DNA of 64,000 bases from Gracilinanus agilis (lineage: Eukaryota), in NCBI RefSeq assembly GCF_016433145.1, contig NC_058130.1, positions 646,752,096 to 646,816,095 of the forward strand. Reading direction: 5' to 3'. The position numbers and the translations under genes were made by a program. Each line of letters begins with the position of its first letter. Within the stretch, counting starts at the first letter, position 1. The notes under the pieces are model-generated. The model was not told where the DNA came from, ran no database searches, and saw only the letters and a list, made by a program, of their open reading frames with translations. Shown piece by piece: positions 1 to 13,030 of the stretch.

Positions 1-1099
1 ATACATATATACATATATATGTGACAAAAATAATTCTTTAAACCTGTGCTATTAGAATAGGTAATTATATACATGATGAATTATGGAGGTTGGTCATGGA
101 TTTGTGCCACTCATTCAATGAAATTGATTACAAGATTATTTGTATATCAGCTTGAAGTGTTGCAGGAATTTTTTGTTGTTGTAGTTGTCATGTGACAGAA
201 ATTCTTCCTCTGGTAAAAGCAATGTTAACTTATACTTAAATCCGCATTGTGTTTGAACTGAAAAATACAGAAAAAGAACATTTCCACAGCTATTTTCAAG
301 AATTTTGTAGATCTGTTTAGAATTCATTCAGATCATTAGATCTACCTGGACATTGTCTTTACAGTAGAAAGACACACTAGAAGATAACTTTATTTGTATA
401 TTTGGATATTTTTTTGCAACAGTAGTTTTTATTTCCATCAGTAATTCCTAGGTTTTGTATAAAAACATCTAATAAGGTCATGAATGCAGTGTTCAAAGCA
501 ATTCAGGTACCAAAACATGTAAGTTAGTTTTTAAAAATTGAGAATAAATTTCTAAAATGCCAGATCAAAATAATTTTCTGGAGAAAAGGCTTTGCATGCA
601 AAACCCAGAATTTTCCAGTTGTAACTATATATATATAAATGGAAACTATTGTGTGAAAAGGTTGAGGAACAGCATTTTGAAATTATTTTAACAATAATTC
701 ATAATGCAGTACTATTTTTCATTAGGAAATATTCTATATTTCAATCACATTTTCATCCTTGCATGACTTTGCAAATTACTGTATGCTGTGCATGAAGAAG
801 AGAAGAACTCCAGGGGTAATTTTCTGAAACCAGCAGCTGGAAAATATAATGCAAACAAAAATGAAGATGCAGTATATCTGATCATTATGATGTCATTGAA
901 AACGGTGTTAATGATATACACAAATGTTTATATTCTGTACACTGCAGCATTATGCAAAGGCAAGATTTTGGATTAAAATGTATTACATTTAAAGTCGGAA
1001 TAAGCCTGTTTTTGAGGTTTTAAAAAAGAGAATATAGATCAAGTTGTTCTCATTTTTCAATGCTTCTCTTATTACAGGATAGACAATTTTTTACAATTT

Positions 1100-1307
1100 A
1101 TTTTATTTTTTTAAACCCTCACCTTCCATCTTGAAATCAACACTGTGCATTGGTTCCAAGGCAGAAGAGTGATAGGGTTAGGCAATGGGGGATTAAGTGA
1201 CATGCCCAGGGTCACACAACTGGGGAGTGTCTGAGGCCAGATTTGAACTTAGGACCTCTAGTCTCTAAGCTTGGCTCTCAATCCACTGAGCTACCCGGCT
1301 GCCCCCC
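1100..1307 (-). mobile_element. SINE1_Mdo-type tRNA-derived SINE, long-tail form
   Basis: Reverse complement of ggggcagccgggtagctcagtggattgagagcc...gggtttaaaa. TSD aattttttacaattt / aatttttgacaattt (14/15). Confidence 0.93.
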
Positions 1308-2350
1308 TAATTTTTGACAATTTTTGCCAAGGAAAAAGAAAAAAAAACTTTTTGAAAAACTATCATTGTCCCTTTTTTAAGTTGCTTTTTATTTTTTAAA
1401 TTAACTTTCATTGTTTTTCATCATTACTGTATTACTATAAAATTATGTGTAACAGACTATATTTAATATTAGAGAAAATACATAAATATTGATATATTTC
1501 ATTAACATCAGAATTTCTGCATTTTTGTTTTCAAGTAAATATGTTTTTAGTCAATGAGATGTTTATTAAAATGATGGAAGTGTTTGTATAAATTTTTGTT
1601 TTATCTTCATTGTTACACATGAAAAGAGATGATGGTATACCCCTTAAGTAGGTAGTGTTACGATTAAAATAGATATAGATGGATATAAATAGAAGTATTA
1701 ATATTTTAATTAAAGCCATGTTGGCATAATAAAGAAGGCCACGAGCCTGCTATCATTTAATTCAAATTGTCCACCATACCTTCGTCCCACCTGGCTGTCT
1801 CATACCAAAGAGAGAGTCCAAATCAAGTCCTCTCTATTTAAGGTACGCTTTACGTTGACTCATGTGACCATGTAATACAGGAAACCCATTGAATCATGGG
1901 AAATGTAGTTTTAAAGTCCCCTAAACATCCACAGGAAGTTTATGTCATATATCTAAACATTTAAGGCTCAAATGAACCGCAAATTTCCACTAAGACATTC
2001 CCCCCTGAGAGCAGAAAGAGACTGGTCTCCTTGAATTTTCTTGTAAACATAACTTTTAATTTACAGAAATTTGGGGATAAAAGAAAAGAGGATAAAAAAT
2101 AGTCACATTGACAAAAAAGCCAATTGGGGCAGTCCCCTATTGGCATGAGAATGTACATTCAAAAACAAATGCATTCAACTCCCCATAGTTCAATCAACTA
2201 TACCCCAAAGTTCATTTTGGATCTTCATGATCCAGTAAAGGCTCTTCAGGCATCTTCATGGTGCCTTCTCCAAACAGGTTCATTGTCTGGATTCTATGGA
2301 GATAGCAAATTTCTTATCCTGAAATTACTCTCAAAAGAATTTAAACTTTA

Positions 2351-2382
2351 TAGTAGGTAGCTAGTTAGGTAGACAGACAGGC

Positions 2383-2437
<55 letters not shown>

Positions 2438-2472
2438 CAGATGGATAGATAGACAGATAGACAGATAGATAG
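2351..2472. repeat. (TAGA/GATA)n tetranucleotide microsatellite
   Basis: Direct reading; interspersed CAGA variants. Confidence 0.97.
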
Positions 2473-2652
2473 AATGATAATCTTCTTTTGTACATTCAAA
2501 ATCAGTTGCATGTTCTCCATAGGTAGCAGCAATACTTGGAAATGAATATTTATACTTTTTCTGAAATAAATACTGCATTCTAGAAGGATGTATTGCTATC
2601 TCTATATTTTAGCTGTTGAATAGAGCATCATTACTTCATTTTAATAATTTAA

Positions 2653-2838
2653 AAAATCTTTACCTTTTGTTTTAGAATTTTATTCTAATTTTTATTCTAA
2701 GGAAGAAAAATAGTAAGAGTTGGGGTCAAATGACATGGCCAGGGTCACAGAGCTAGGAAATGTTTAAGGTTAACTTTGAATCCATCTCATCCTGACTCCA
2801 GGCATGGCTCTCTGTCCACTGTGCTATCTAATTGCCCC
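2653..2838 (-). mobile_element. Older SINE1_Mdo-like SINE
   Basis: Ends ctctgtccactgtgctatctaattgcccc, has the CORE ggtcacagagctagg and tail accttttgttttagaat. Confidence 0.75.
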
Positions 2839-3589
2839 TATGAATCTTTTTTTTTAAATATTCTTTTTAGTAAGACTTTCTGACTGAATTACCTGTCAAA
2901 TAGTATTAATATCTGCAGACTAAATAAAAGAAATGAGGTAGCTTTTAATGTCTTTCTCAAAATACTTGAGAAATAAAAATGTACGAACCCATCTGAATAG
3001 CTGTATTCAGTGAGTCTTGATATAGAATATTATCTTTAGAAGTATGTATATGAGTAAGTGGGTATGGCTATGGTTTTGGCTCTGTGTATACACAGTGTAG
3101 CTAATAATAATAAGTTAGAAATCTTTTTTTATATAGCACTGATGTAGTTTCAAAACCAAAGCTAAATTAGCCCTGAAAATAGATACTTAGTTGTAATATA
3201 TTATTTGAGGATTTAATTTGTTGTGTAGGCATGCTGTTGTTTTTAGATGGGCTTTTGAGTATTTTAAGGTCTCTGTTCTTTAAAGGTGTTCTCAGTCAGA
3301 TATAATCAATATCAGCCATTATAACAAAAGAAATTCCAGAATTCTATGGGAATTTCAAAATACTTCTATCTTAGATTGATGGAAATTTGCTTTGTTTTAG
3401 AATGTCTATTGAAGTTTGCCAGCTTACTCAATAGCTCAAAGAACAAGCTTTACTGTCATTAATTAATATTTTGGTGTTTTTTTTTTCAAATTTCAGTGCC
3501 TTAAAGCATATATTATTGTTTGATAGTTATTAGCAATAGAGAAGTTGGTCACTCTACTGTAAATAGTGACTGTTACTATGTTGTATATT

Positions 3590-3825
3590 GGCAGGTAGGT
3601 GATGCAGTGGAGAGAATCCTGAGCTTAGGGTCAGGAAGACTCAAATTGCTGAGTTCAAATCTTGTTTCAGATACTTAGGGACCCTGGGCAAGTCACTTAG
3701 CCCAGTTTGTTTTAGTTTCCCCATCTTTAAAATGAACTGAGAAGAAAATGGCTAACCACTTCAGTATTCTTTGCCAAGAAAACTCCAACTCGCAAAGAAT
3801 TGGGTGTAACTGAAATTACTGAACA
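3590..3825 (+). mobile_element. MAR1 SINE (CORE plus RTE-like tail)
   Basis: Tail gagaagaaaatggctaaccacttcagtattctttgccaagaaaac...tgaaca. Confidence 0.85.
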
Positions 3826-4148
3826 TGTTTATAATATTATTTCACATTTTTTAATTCTGATTTATCTGCTATTCTCTTTTTCAAACAAGTAAAATAATCT
3901 AGTGTCTTTTACTATTTTCTCTATGTTACCATCTATTTAAACCTTTCATAATCTTTGCTCTTCCCATCTCTGTATTTGTAGCCATCATATAGTGTAGAAC
4001 CTGAAAAAAAAAACAATTTTGAATGAAGCAGGTCATTGAACTTAATCAAGAGCTTCAAGATTTTCTTAGTTCTGTCAGTAGGAAACTTCAATCTATTGTT
4101 AAGTTATTGTGTGAAACAGAACTAGATATTGTGAAGGAGGAAAGGGAT

Positions 4149-4397
4149 AATTATTTATAAAGAAATCTACCATGTGTCAGGCACTTCAAAAGTATTATCT
4201 CCTTTGATTCTCACAACTCTGAAATGTAAGTGCTGTAATTATGCACATTTTACAGTTGAAGACACTGAGGCAAACAGAGGTTAAGTGACTTACCTGGGGT
4301 ACACTAATAAGTGTCTGAGACTGGATTTGAGCTCAGGTCTTTCTGACTGCAGATCCAGAACTAAATGTCTTTGAACTGCAGAATTGAGTGCTGCTCC
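4149..4397 (-). mobile_element. MIR-family SINE
   Basis: CORE tttacagttgaagacactgaggcaaacagaggttaagtgactt. Confidence 0.8.
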
Positions 4398-5497
4398 CAA
4401 CTCAGACATTGGGAAACAGATGTTAGGAAAGTCATTTCTTCTTGCTAAGCCACACTCTCCCCACCTATAAAATGAGAGGCTCAGACTCTGATCTCTAACA
4501 TTCCATTTTCTATAATGCTTAAAGTCATGCTGGTTCATGAATCTTATATTCCTTAATTCTAGTTGTGGAGCCCTTTGTCTTTTTAAAAAATCCTTAATGA
4601 ATTACATTATATGGCATCTGACTAATCTCCTGCTTGTCTTCCATTAGGATTCCTTGAACATTTTCAGCCATTCATTTCTCCCTTGTATCTTCTCATTAAG
4701 GGTAGTATCTTGTACTTGTCTTTTAAAACCTTTACTCCCTTTTTTGAGTTTTCTTTTAAATTCCTACGATCATTTGAAAGTCATCCATCCCTTCATTCAT
4801 TTGGCATTTATCGAGCATCTATAACATCAAAATTCTAGGCTAGACATTCTTGGATAATGCAGATTTCTAAAACATAGTTCTCATCATCATTATTCTAACA
4901 GTTCATATATCTGATGAATAAAACTTCACTTTTATATATTGAATGGCAAGCAGTTTACATATAGTAATCTTTGAATTGTAATAATCAACATATCTAGGAT
5001 ATTTTTCTATATATATTCTATATATCTATATATCATATTTACAAATTATATCACATAAATTATATTGTTGGATACAACATCCCCACAACCTCAGTATGTA
5101 GTACTGATGTCACTTTGGGGGTATCAAACTCTCAGGGACTTAGATTCCTTATCTTTAAAGTGAGAGGAATTGGATTAGGCCACCTGTAAAAACTCTTCCA
5201 GCGCTTCTACTGAGAGCAACCATATTAATGCCACTTTCCAGTTACTTCAGTCGCTTCATATTTGGACTTTATAAGCTAAAGGGCACGTTTAAAAATAACT
5301 TTTAGATTTTTGCCCCTTGAATTAATAATAATGGCAGCTAAACTCGTATAATCCATAACAAATCATATTTACTGTCTCAGGGTGGGAGGAAGTAGAGAGA
5401 ATTTGAATCACAAAATATCAGAAAACAATTGTAAAATTTTTTTCTATATGTTATTGGAAAAAAATTAAAGCAAGTAATAAATGAAAGGAAAATTTAA

Positions 5498-6070
5498 CTA
5501 ATAGCGAACATATGTTATGTTCCAGGTACTGAGTGAAGTGTTTTACAGTTTATACCTTGATTGTTCCACCCAATAACCATGGGAAGTAGTTGCTATAGTT
5601 ATACACATGAAAAAAATGGGGCAAAGTTAAGTGATTTTCCCAGGGTCACACAACTAGTAAATGTCCATAGACTGATTTGAACTCAGGTCTTACTGATTGC
5701 AGAACTAGTACTCATTTAACTTCAATACTTCAATATGACAGAAAAGTAAGATGATGGTGGAAACATGGAATGAGAGAGCTGAAGTTACAAAAGTAGTCAC
5801 TCTCAAGAGGACACAAGAGTATTTAATAATATTTAATCATAATTGCTAACATTTACAAAGAACTTAGTATATGCCAGTCACTAAGATAAATCTTTATAAA
5901 TATTGTCTTATCTGATCCTCACAACAACCTGGGGTGATAGTTGCTTTTACTATATTAATTTTACAGATGAAGAAACTGAGGCTCAGAGTTCATAATACTA
6001 TTTGTCTGAGATTGGATCTAAAGTCAGAACTTCCAAAGACCAGACCAAGTGTTCTAATTCTGCTCACCTA
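5498..6070 (-). mobile_element. Two adjacent MIR-family SINEs (~5498-5712 and ~5839-6070)
   Basis: Each has the CORE (gttaagtgattttcccagggtcacaca; ttttacagatgaagaaactgaggctcagag). Confidence 0.75.
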
Positions 6071-6392
6071 AATTCCTGTAAAATATAATTGAGGTAGTTG
6101 GCAAATTAACCAATCAATTAATCCAAAGGCAAAAGTGAACATCTTCTATTTTTATGGGTACAGCATATCTCCAGGCACTGGAGATACCACTTAAATGTTT
6201 CATTTCTATTTTTATTTTTGTATCTGCCAATAAGAAGTTCGTGAATATATGCATACACATATATTACATACTTGTACATATATGTATGAATATATAAATA
6301 TTTACCAGTCTCTCCCTCTGTCTTTCTGTCTTTGTCTCTCTTTGTGTCTATCTCTCATTCTCTGTCTCTGTCTCTTATATTTCTCCATTTTT

Positions 6393-6623
6393 NNNNNNNN
6401 NNNNNNNNNNNNNNNNNNNNNNNNNNNNNNNNNNNNNNNNNNNNNNNNNNNNNNNNNNNNNNNNNNNNNNNNNNNNNNNNNNNNNNNNNNNNNNNNNNNN
6501 NNNNNNNNNNNNNNNNNNNNNNNNNNNNNNNNNNNNNNNNNNNNNNNNNNNNNNNNNNNNNNNNNNNNNNNNNNNNNNNNNNNNNNNNNNNNNNNNNNNN
6601 NNNNNNNNNNNNNNNNNNNNNNN
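6393..6623. other. Assembly gap; others at 8288-8435, 11629-11828, 30380-30683, 38803-38934 and 50402-50677
   Basis: Runs of N. Confidence 1.
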
Positions 6624-6823
6624 CCCTCCCCAGATATGAATTAAAATTCATCCTCAAATATTCACTAGCTCTATGATCATAGAGAAGTCACTTAACTTCT
6701 CATGTGTGTAGATATACATACATACATAAATGTATGTTTTCATATTTCTATACATGTACATTCATATGTACATGAATGTTCATTTCATAGGAATATATAT
6801 TTATGAGAGAAAATATATATATA

Positions 6824-7032
6824 GTAATGCAATGCTGAGCCTGGAGTCAGACACTTACTAGCTGTGTGACCTTGTGAGAGCCATTTAACCTCTGTCTCAG
6901 TTTCTTCATCTGTAAAATAGGGATAAAAAAGCTCCTAAGTCCCATGGTTGCTGTGAGGATTCAATGAGATAATAATTATAAAGTGCTTAACCCAGTACCT
7001 CGCACATCCTAAGCACTAGGTACATGTTAGCT
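6824..7032 (+). mobile_element. MIR-family SINE
   Basis: ctcagtttcttcatctgtaaaataggg...gaggattcaatgagataata. Confidence 0.8.
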
Positions 7033-7520
7033 TTCATAACAAATTATTATCATTATTATCACATATATTTTACTTTATTGTAAAGCACTCAACACAAATG
7101 TAAGGTAATATGTGTGTATGGGTGTGTGTAATGTCTATATTATTTGTGTTGTGTTAAATATTTCTTTCATCTCTTCTTGTTCAATTTATATTATCTTGTA
7201 AGATCCAGCTCAAATTTGGTCTCCTCTGTCACTCTCTGATCCTTTTTCCTCTCCCCACAACTGGAAGTGATTACCCCACCTTACTTGACCTTCTATTAAA
7301 TTGGGTATCTTTCTTCTTGCATGGTGTAGCTACAGGTTTCATGTGATTATTTACCTACTGACTAGACTTTAGCTTTCTTGAGACAATATATAAAGTAATC
7401 AATTTCAGAATAAGAAATAAGAGAGAAAAGAGTACAAGAATATTACCTTCACAGCAAAATTGATTTAAGGAAGATTCAGTTTAAAAAGAGAACCATTGTT
7501 GGGTAATTATTCACTCTATA

Positions 7521-7720
7521 AAGAGGCATTATGGCTGAAGTGGAGTCAGGACTGAATTCCATTCCTGCCTCTGACACTTAGTTTGTGGCCATGGATTTGC
7601 CACTTGAACCTTTTGTGTCTCAGGCTACTTTCTAGGATTTAACCTAAGAAAGATGATTGCTTTCTGGAAGGAGTTTCCATGCCAGGAATTCTCTATTGTC
7701 ATGAAATCACAGATCCTCCA
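7521..7720 (+). mobile_element. Mar3/MIR3-like marsupial SINE
   Basis: CORE followed by ggctactttctagga...ggagtttccatgccaggaattc tail. Confidence 0.6.
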
Positions 7721-9169
7721 GAATTCACTTTTGAAAGAGATTCCTGATTTATGAAGTTACCACAGGATTCTGTGAAGTAATGAGTCCTCCAAGAGTATTT
7801 AAAATATTTGAGGCTATAGAATTTTGATCTTATTATACCCCCTTTCAGGATCTGTGTAAAGTGTAAGGCATGCCTCACTTGTTGCAGCTGGGTAGAGTAA
7901 GCTGAAAATCTCTAAATAAATTTCCCAACTCCCTTGTTGTTCATCTCTGTGAATAAATATCAATGGTTGGACTTGCTCAGCTTTATGCCTTAAGTTAAAC
8001 TAAAATGATGGGGGAAGTGTTTTGCATAAAACTGGAATGGCTGGTAGACCACTGTGAGATTGAAACAGACACTAATGATACAGCACCCTTTTTTTTCTTC
8101 ACTCTTGCTAAGAAGGACTTGGAGATTACAGTTCTGATTTCGTTTCCTTTTTGATTGGGAAAATGTGGTAGATAGAAGATCTGGGAAATGCCATTTGATG
8201 TAAATTAACAAAAACCTATGAAACATAGTTAACCATAGATCTAGTCTGACAGTAAGAAGAATATTGTGAGAAGCAGAGGAAATCGTANNNNNNNNNNNNN
8301 NNNNNNNNNNNNNNNNNNNNNNNNNNNNNNNNNNNNNNNNNNNNNNNNNNNNNNNNNNNNNNNNNNNNNNNNNNNNNNNNNNNNNNNNNNNNNNNNNNNN
8401 NNNNNNNNNNNNNNNNNNNNNNNNNNNNNNNNNNNAACCATCATTTTATCCCAATGCTTTGTATCCCTATGAAAATGAGGCTGGGAGGAGTATGGGAGGG
8501 AGGCAGACTGGTGGGGGGGGGGGGTCAGAGAAACATTATAACAAAGTGTCAAAAATTACCACAGACTTTGGAGGCCTTTATGAAACAAGAGGCAGTCTAA
8601 ATAAATCTTCTGTAGTGAAGTGGATATCGGATTAAAGACGAAAGCTTGGTTTCCTATTGTAGAAAACACACCATGGACAAGTAGACGAAAAAATGCTCTT
8701 CATCTCATTCCCTTAATCCAGTTTGTACTACTAGTTTGGATTTAGGAAATGCAGAAACTCAACTGAAAATGCTGATTTAGACCCTATTTGGAGGGGAGTG
8801 ATTCAGCCTATGAATATCTCACTGCTTTAGCTTCTTTTTACCAAATATCCACATCTTTCCACCACAAGTTTGTACCCAAAATGACCATGAGCCCATATGT
8901 TTATTGACTTACAAAGCAAAATGACCAGCCAAGTAAATTTTTTCCTTCTTCTCTCTAGTCATGTTACTATGATGTTATTCAATAGTAAATCTTTATTTTC
9001 ATACAAAGCTATAAATGACAATAATATTTGGTATAAAATTTGCTAGTCAATTGGCCCCAGAGTTTTTTAATTGATTTCTATTTTGACTCTCAAAAACCAT
9101 TCAACAAAAAGAAACCTTATTGACTTTATTTATTTATTTATTGAATTTATTTCTTTATTGATTCAATTA

Positions 9170-9780
9170 TTTAGTCAACAAGCATTTTAACATGCCTACT
9201 ATATTCCAGGTATGTTCTATGCAATGGGGATATAAAGGCAAAAGTGAACCTATCCTTATATTCAAAGTACTTCTAATTTTACACTGGGCAATAAACCATG
9301 TTCACCACTTAATGCAAAATATTTATGTACATATATGTATAGTTCACACACAAATACATATTTATAATATGTATACACATATATCAAACATATTTACACA
9401 TATCTGTTTATATACCTATACACATAACTTCTATAAAGTAATTACAGGGAGCTGACTGTAAGTGGGAGAATTAGGAAAGGGATCTTTGATTTGAACCTTG
9501 AAGGGAACTAAGTAGTACCAGAGAGACATGAGGAGCATTTTGTTAGAGAAAGCCTGTAAAAAGAAGCTTGAGGCTGGACATGGAAGGTCTTGTAGAGAGT
9601 GCACAGAAAGGAGGTCAATTTGTTTGAAAGGTAGAATGTATAGAGTAAATGAGAAGGAGGAGTGTGTAATCAGCCTGGAAAGGGGGACTGGTATCAAATT
9701 AGCGGCTTTAAACGTTAAGCAGAGGAATTTTGTTTCGTCCTAGAGGCAATAGGGAACTTCTGAAACCTTTGGAGCAGGCC
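9170..9780 (-). mobile_element. L2 3' fragment
   Basis: agtcaacaagcattttaacatgcctacta (reverse L2 end), then purine-rich body cctagaggcaatagggaac. Confidence 0.75.
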
Positions 9781-10479
9781 AGTATGCTTAAAGAAATGGG
9801 CAAAGTTTAATCTGTGGTAATTATAAAATAAATTAATTACTATTAAAATTTCTATATTGATATTATCATTATTCATACTAATGAAATTTTACTTGATCAT
9901 GGTATTAAGAATATGAATTTTTTACATGACAAATTAATTTGGAAAACTATGCTGTTAGGCATTGCTTTTTGATACTAATGTACTAAAACTTGGATTTCAT
10001 TCAACTTTTGTCACAAATGCCTTTGCATATGGAATACCACTACCCTATTGTAAGTCAACATATTCTGGAAGTTTTAAATTTCTACACATTTAGACATATG
10101 CACTGAACGTCATGTTAAACATGCAATATTTGTCATATATTATTAAGGGTTTTTTTTAAAGAAAGTAGCATTACTTAGAATGAAAAAAGATATAAAATTC
10201 CTTTATTGATAATGGATATATTTCAAAAGACTCATTAAAAGGGATTTTATAAGGAATTAATTTTCTTGTCACTATATTCATTAGTAATAATTTATTTAAT
10301 ATAGTTCAATCAGTTTGCCTACACCATGTGGCATTTAGGAACTGTTTCTTTACTTGAAGGAATAAATGCCCTTAAAAACATTTCTTGCCAACATTCCAGG
10401 AATATTTCATACTATTCTCATTCATACACTCTTGAGTTTTCATAAAATTGACCTGTTTGACGTAACTTGAATGAGGAAT

Positions 10480-10803
10480 TCTATTTTCTCTCTCCAACTT
10501 TGCACTAGTTGTCCACCATGCCTGTAGTGTGCTCCTTCCTTCTCTATATCTCATAAAAATACCTAATTCACTTCACAGTTCAGTTCAAAAACGACCTCTT
10601 TCAAGAGGCTCTCCTAAACCCAATAGCTGCTAAGGCCTACAGAATTACTTTGTAATTGTCTTTTATATATATTTTTGTATATGCATGCATGTTCATTCCT
10701 TAATAGAATGTAAGTTCCTGAAGAAGAGGAATGGTTTAATTTTTGTCCTATAATCTAAGTATCTAGGCTAATGCATAGGAGATATTAGGGGCTTAATAAA
10801 TGG
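10480..10803 (+). mobile_element. L2 3' fragment
   Basis: agaatgtaagttcctgaag...gggcttaataaatgg terminal motif. Confidence 0.7.
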
Positions 10804-11384
10804 TTCCCAAGAGAATTTCAGTATTGAGTGAGACATTTGGTTCATTGGGCCTAGCACTATAATATAACGGCAATGATGGAAGGTTGGTATTTAATGTCAT
10901 TCTCAAAAGTTAGGCATATATCCCAAAATAATCCAGTTTGCCTTATTAACTGATTATGGATATGCCTATAATTCATGAATTTATATATATATATACATCA
11001 TCTTTTACTAAAATGTAATTTAATTTTATCATTTTAATCTCCCATTTTTCCTAATTTAATAATTTTAATCACCTATCATTTAATAAATTAAATTAGAATT
11101 TTATTTAAAGAAGATTCTTCTTTCTTTTAAGTGAACAATCCCATAAAATCCAAACTGCAAAACATATACCCAAATAAAAAGTGATAAATTGTATGTTTTC
11201 ATCTACATTCCTACTCCAAAAATTATTTCTCTGGAAGTGGAGAGGATTATTTTTTGGAAGTCCCTCAGAATTGTCCTGGATCATTGTATTACTGTTAGTA
11301 GCGAAATCTATCACATATGTAAATCATCTTTGAATCAAAAATCAGGTTTTTTTTTATTTTATAGAACTGAGTCTATAAGATTAG

Positions 11385-11628
11385 TACTAGTAGGGAAGGG
11401 TGAAGAGAATAAGTATTTAAATTCCTACTATGTGTCAGCCACAAATCTAAGCACTTTAGAAAATTAACTCATTTAAGCATTTTACAAATACTATTGATTT
11501 GATCCTCACTGTTTTACAATTAAGGAATGGAAGGGAGACAGAGGTTAAATGACTTTCTCAGCACCATTTTTCTAGTAAGTGTCTGAAGCCATATTTGAAC
11601 TCAGGTCTTCCTGACTCAATGACTAGTG
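11385..11628 (-). mobile_element. MIR-family SINE
   Basis: gaggttaaatgactt...gtgtctgaagccatatttgaactcaggtcttcctgactc; ends at a gap. Confidence 0.75.
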
Positions 11629-12364
11629 NNNNNNNNNNNNNNNNNNNNNNNNNNNNNNNNNNNNNNNNNNNNNNNNNNNNNNNNNNNNNNNNNNNNNNNN
11701 NNNNNNNNNNNNNNNNNNNNNNNNNNNNNNNNNNNNNNNNNNNNNNNNNNNNNNNNNNNNNNNNNNNNNNNNNNNNNNNNNNNNNNNNNNNNNNNNNNNN
11801 NNNNNNNNNNNNNNNNNNNNNNNNNNNNAATTTTATTGACTAGGTTAAAATCATAACAAATAAAGTGCAGGGCAGTGGTCCTCTAATTGACTAAAGACCC
11901 TGATGGACCTCAAAGAAAATCTGTAAATAGTTTTAGGAGCTCATCATTCAATCCCTCCTTTGAACATCCCAATATATCTGTAACTGGCAAATGGGTAATT
12001 AGGAGGTGGTCCATCAAACCCTCAGCCCTTCCTCAAACTGACAGGTAATGGTTGTTAAGGTTGTCATGTACACAGTAAGAGAATCCTTGTAAAACATTCC
12101 TGTTAGCCAGACTTTGTGAAAGGAACACATTCCTATGGACAAAGAAAATGCAAAAATACCGGGACTAGATAGTGCCTGGGGTCCAAGACTTTGCCCCAGT
12201 AATTCTCTCTAATATACAAAGATTGTGGCCTTTCTACTCCAGGGCCCTAATATAAGAATTAATTCAGAATATAAAAAAAATAAAATTTTACTATGTATTT
12301 TTCACACACAATATTTATATTTTGGATATAACTTTGTATCTGCATATGCTTATATATTTGTCTC

Positions 12365-12367
<3 letters not shown>

Positions 12368-12401
<34 letters not shown>

Positions 12402-12410
12402 ATATATGTA
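12368..12410. repeat. (TA)n microsatellite; similar tracts at ~40920-40945 and ~44473-44516
   Basis: Direct reading. Confidence 0.9.
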
Positions 12411-12559
12411 TATGTATCTAGATCAAATTCTAGATATTGACACTTTGTATTGTGAGAAAAATAAGAAGCAGCTTCTTGTAGGAGTTAGCAGAGGAGCCTG
12501 AGCTCCTTGGACAGAGCTAGGTTTTCTAAGAGGCAGAGGTGAGGAAGGCATCTATATAT

Positions 12560-12784
12560 TAAGCCTCAAGTGTCTGACCTGGATCAGGAGTTAAGATCCC
12601 ATCTCTGGTATTTGCTGACGGGGAGACCCCGGCTGTCACTTAATCTCCATCACCTCAGTCTGCCCAAACGTAAAATGAGGTTAATAATACCTTTAACCAC
12701 TCATTTGATTTGTAGGAGGCTCAAATGAGACATAAAGCATTTTGCCTGTATTAAAGCCCTTTATAAATGCCTGTTGTTATTATT
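12560..12784 (+). mobile_element. MIR-family SINE
   Basis: gtcacttaatctcc...cctcagt...gtaaaatgagg...ctcaaatgagac. Confidence 0.65.
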
Positions 12785-12789
12785 TTTCC

Positions 12790-13030
12790 GGGAATAGGGA
12801 GAGAAGAGCCTGCTCCAAGGTATGGAGAGAAGGGAGATAGAATGTCACAGATAGGTAAGAGCAACTCAGCCAGTTTAGTTTGAACACAAGATGTGTGATG
12901 GGCAGTAATGTACAGTCAGCCTGGAAAGGTGGGCTCAGCCAGGCTGTGAATAGCTTCAAATGCCAAGCAGAGAGGAGTTTGTGTTTTATCCTAGAGGCAG
13001 CATATAGCCACTGAACCTTTCTGAGCCCAG
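12790..13030 (-). mobile_element. L2 fragment
   Basis: gcctggaaaggtgggc...aaatgccaagcagagaggagtttgtgttttatcctagaggcag. Confidence 0.7.

Noticed and set aside
2348-2578. 76-aa ORF with repeated IYLS
   Set aside because: It is the translation of the (GATA)n microsatellite.
6249-6676. Long ORFs spanning N runs (also near 8.3, 11.6, 30.4 and 50.4 kb)
   Set aside because: Their length comes from undetermined bases. The gap flanks also lack AG/GT or AC/CT boundaries, so they do not look like masked exons.
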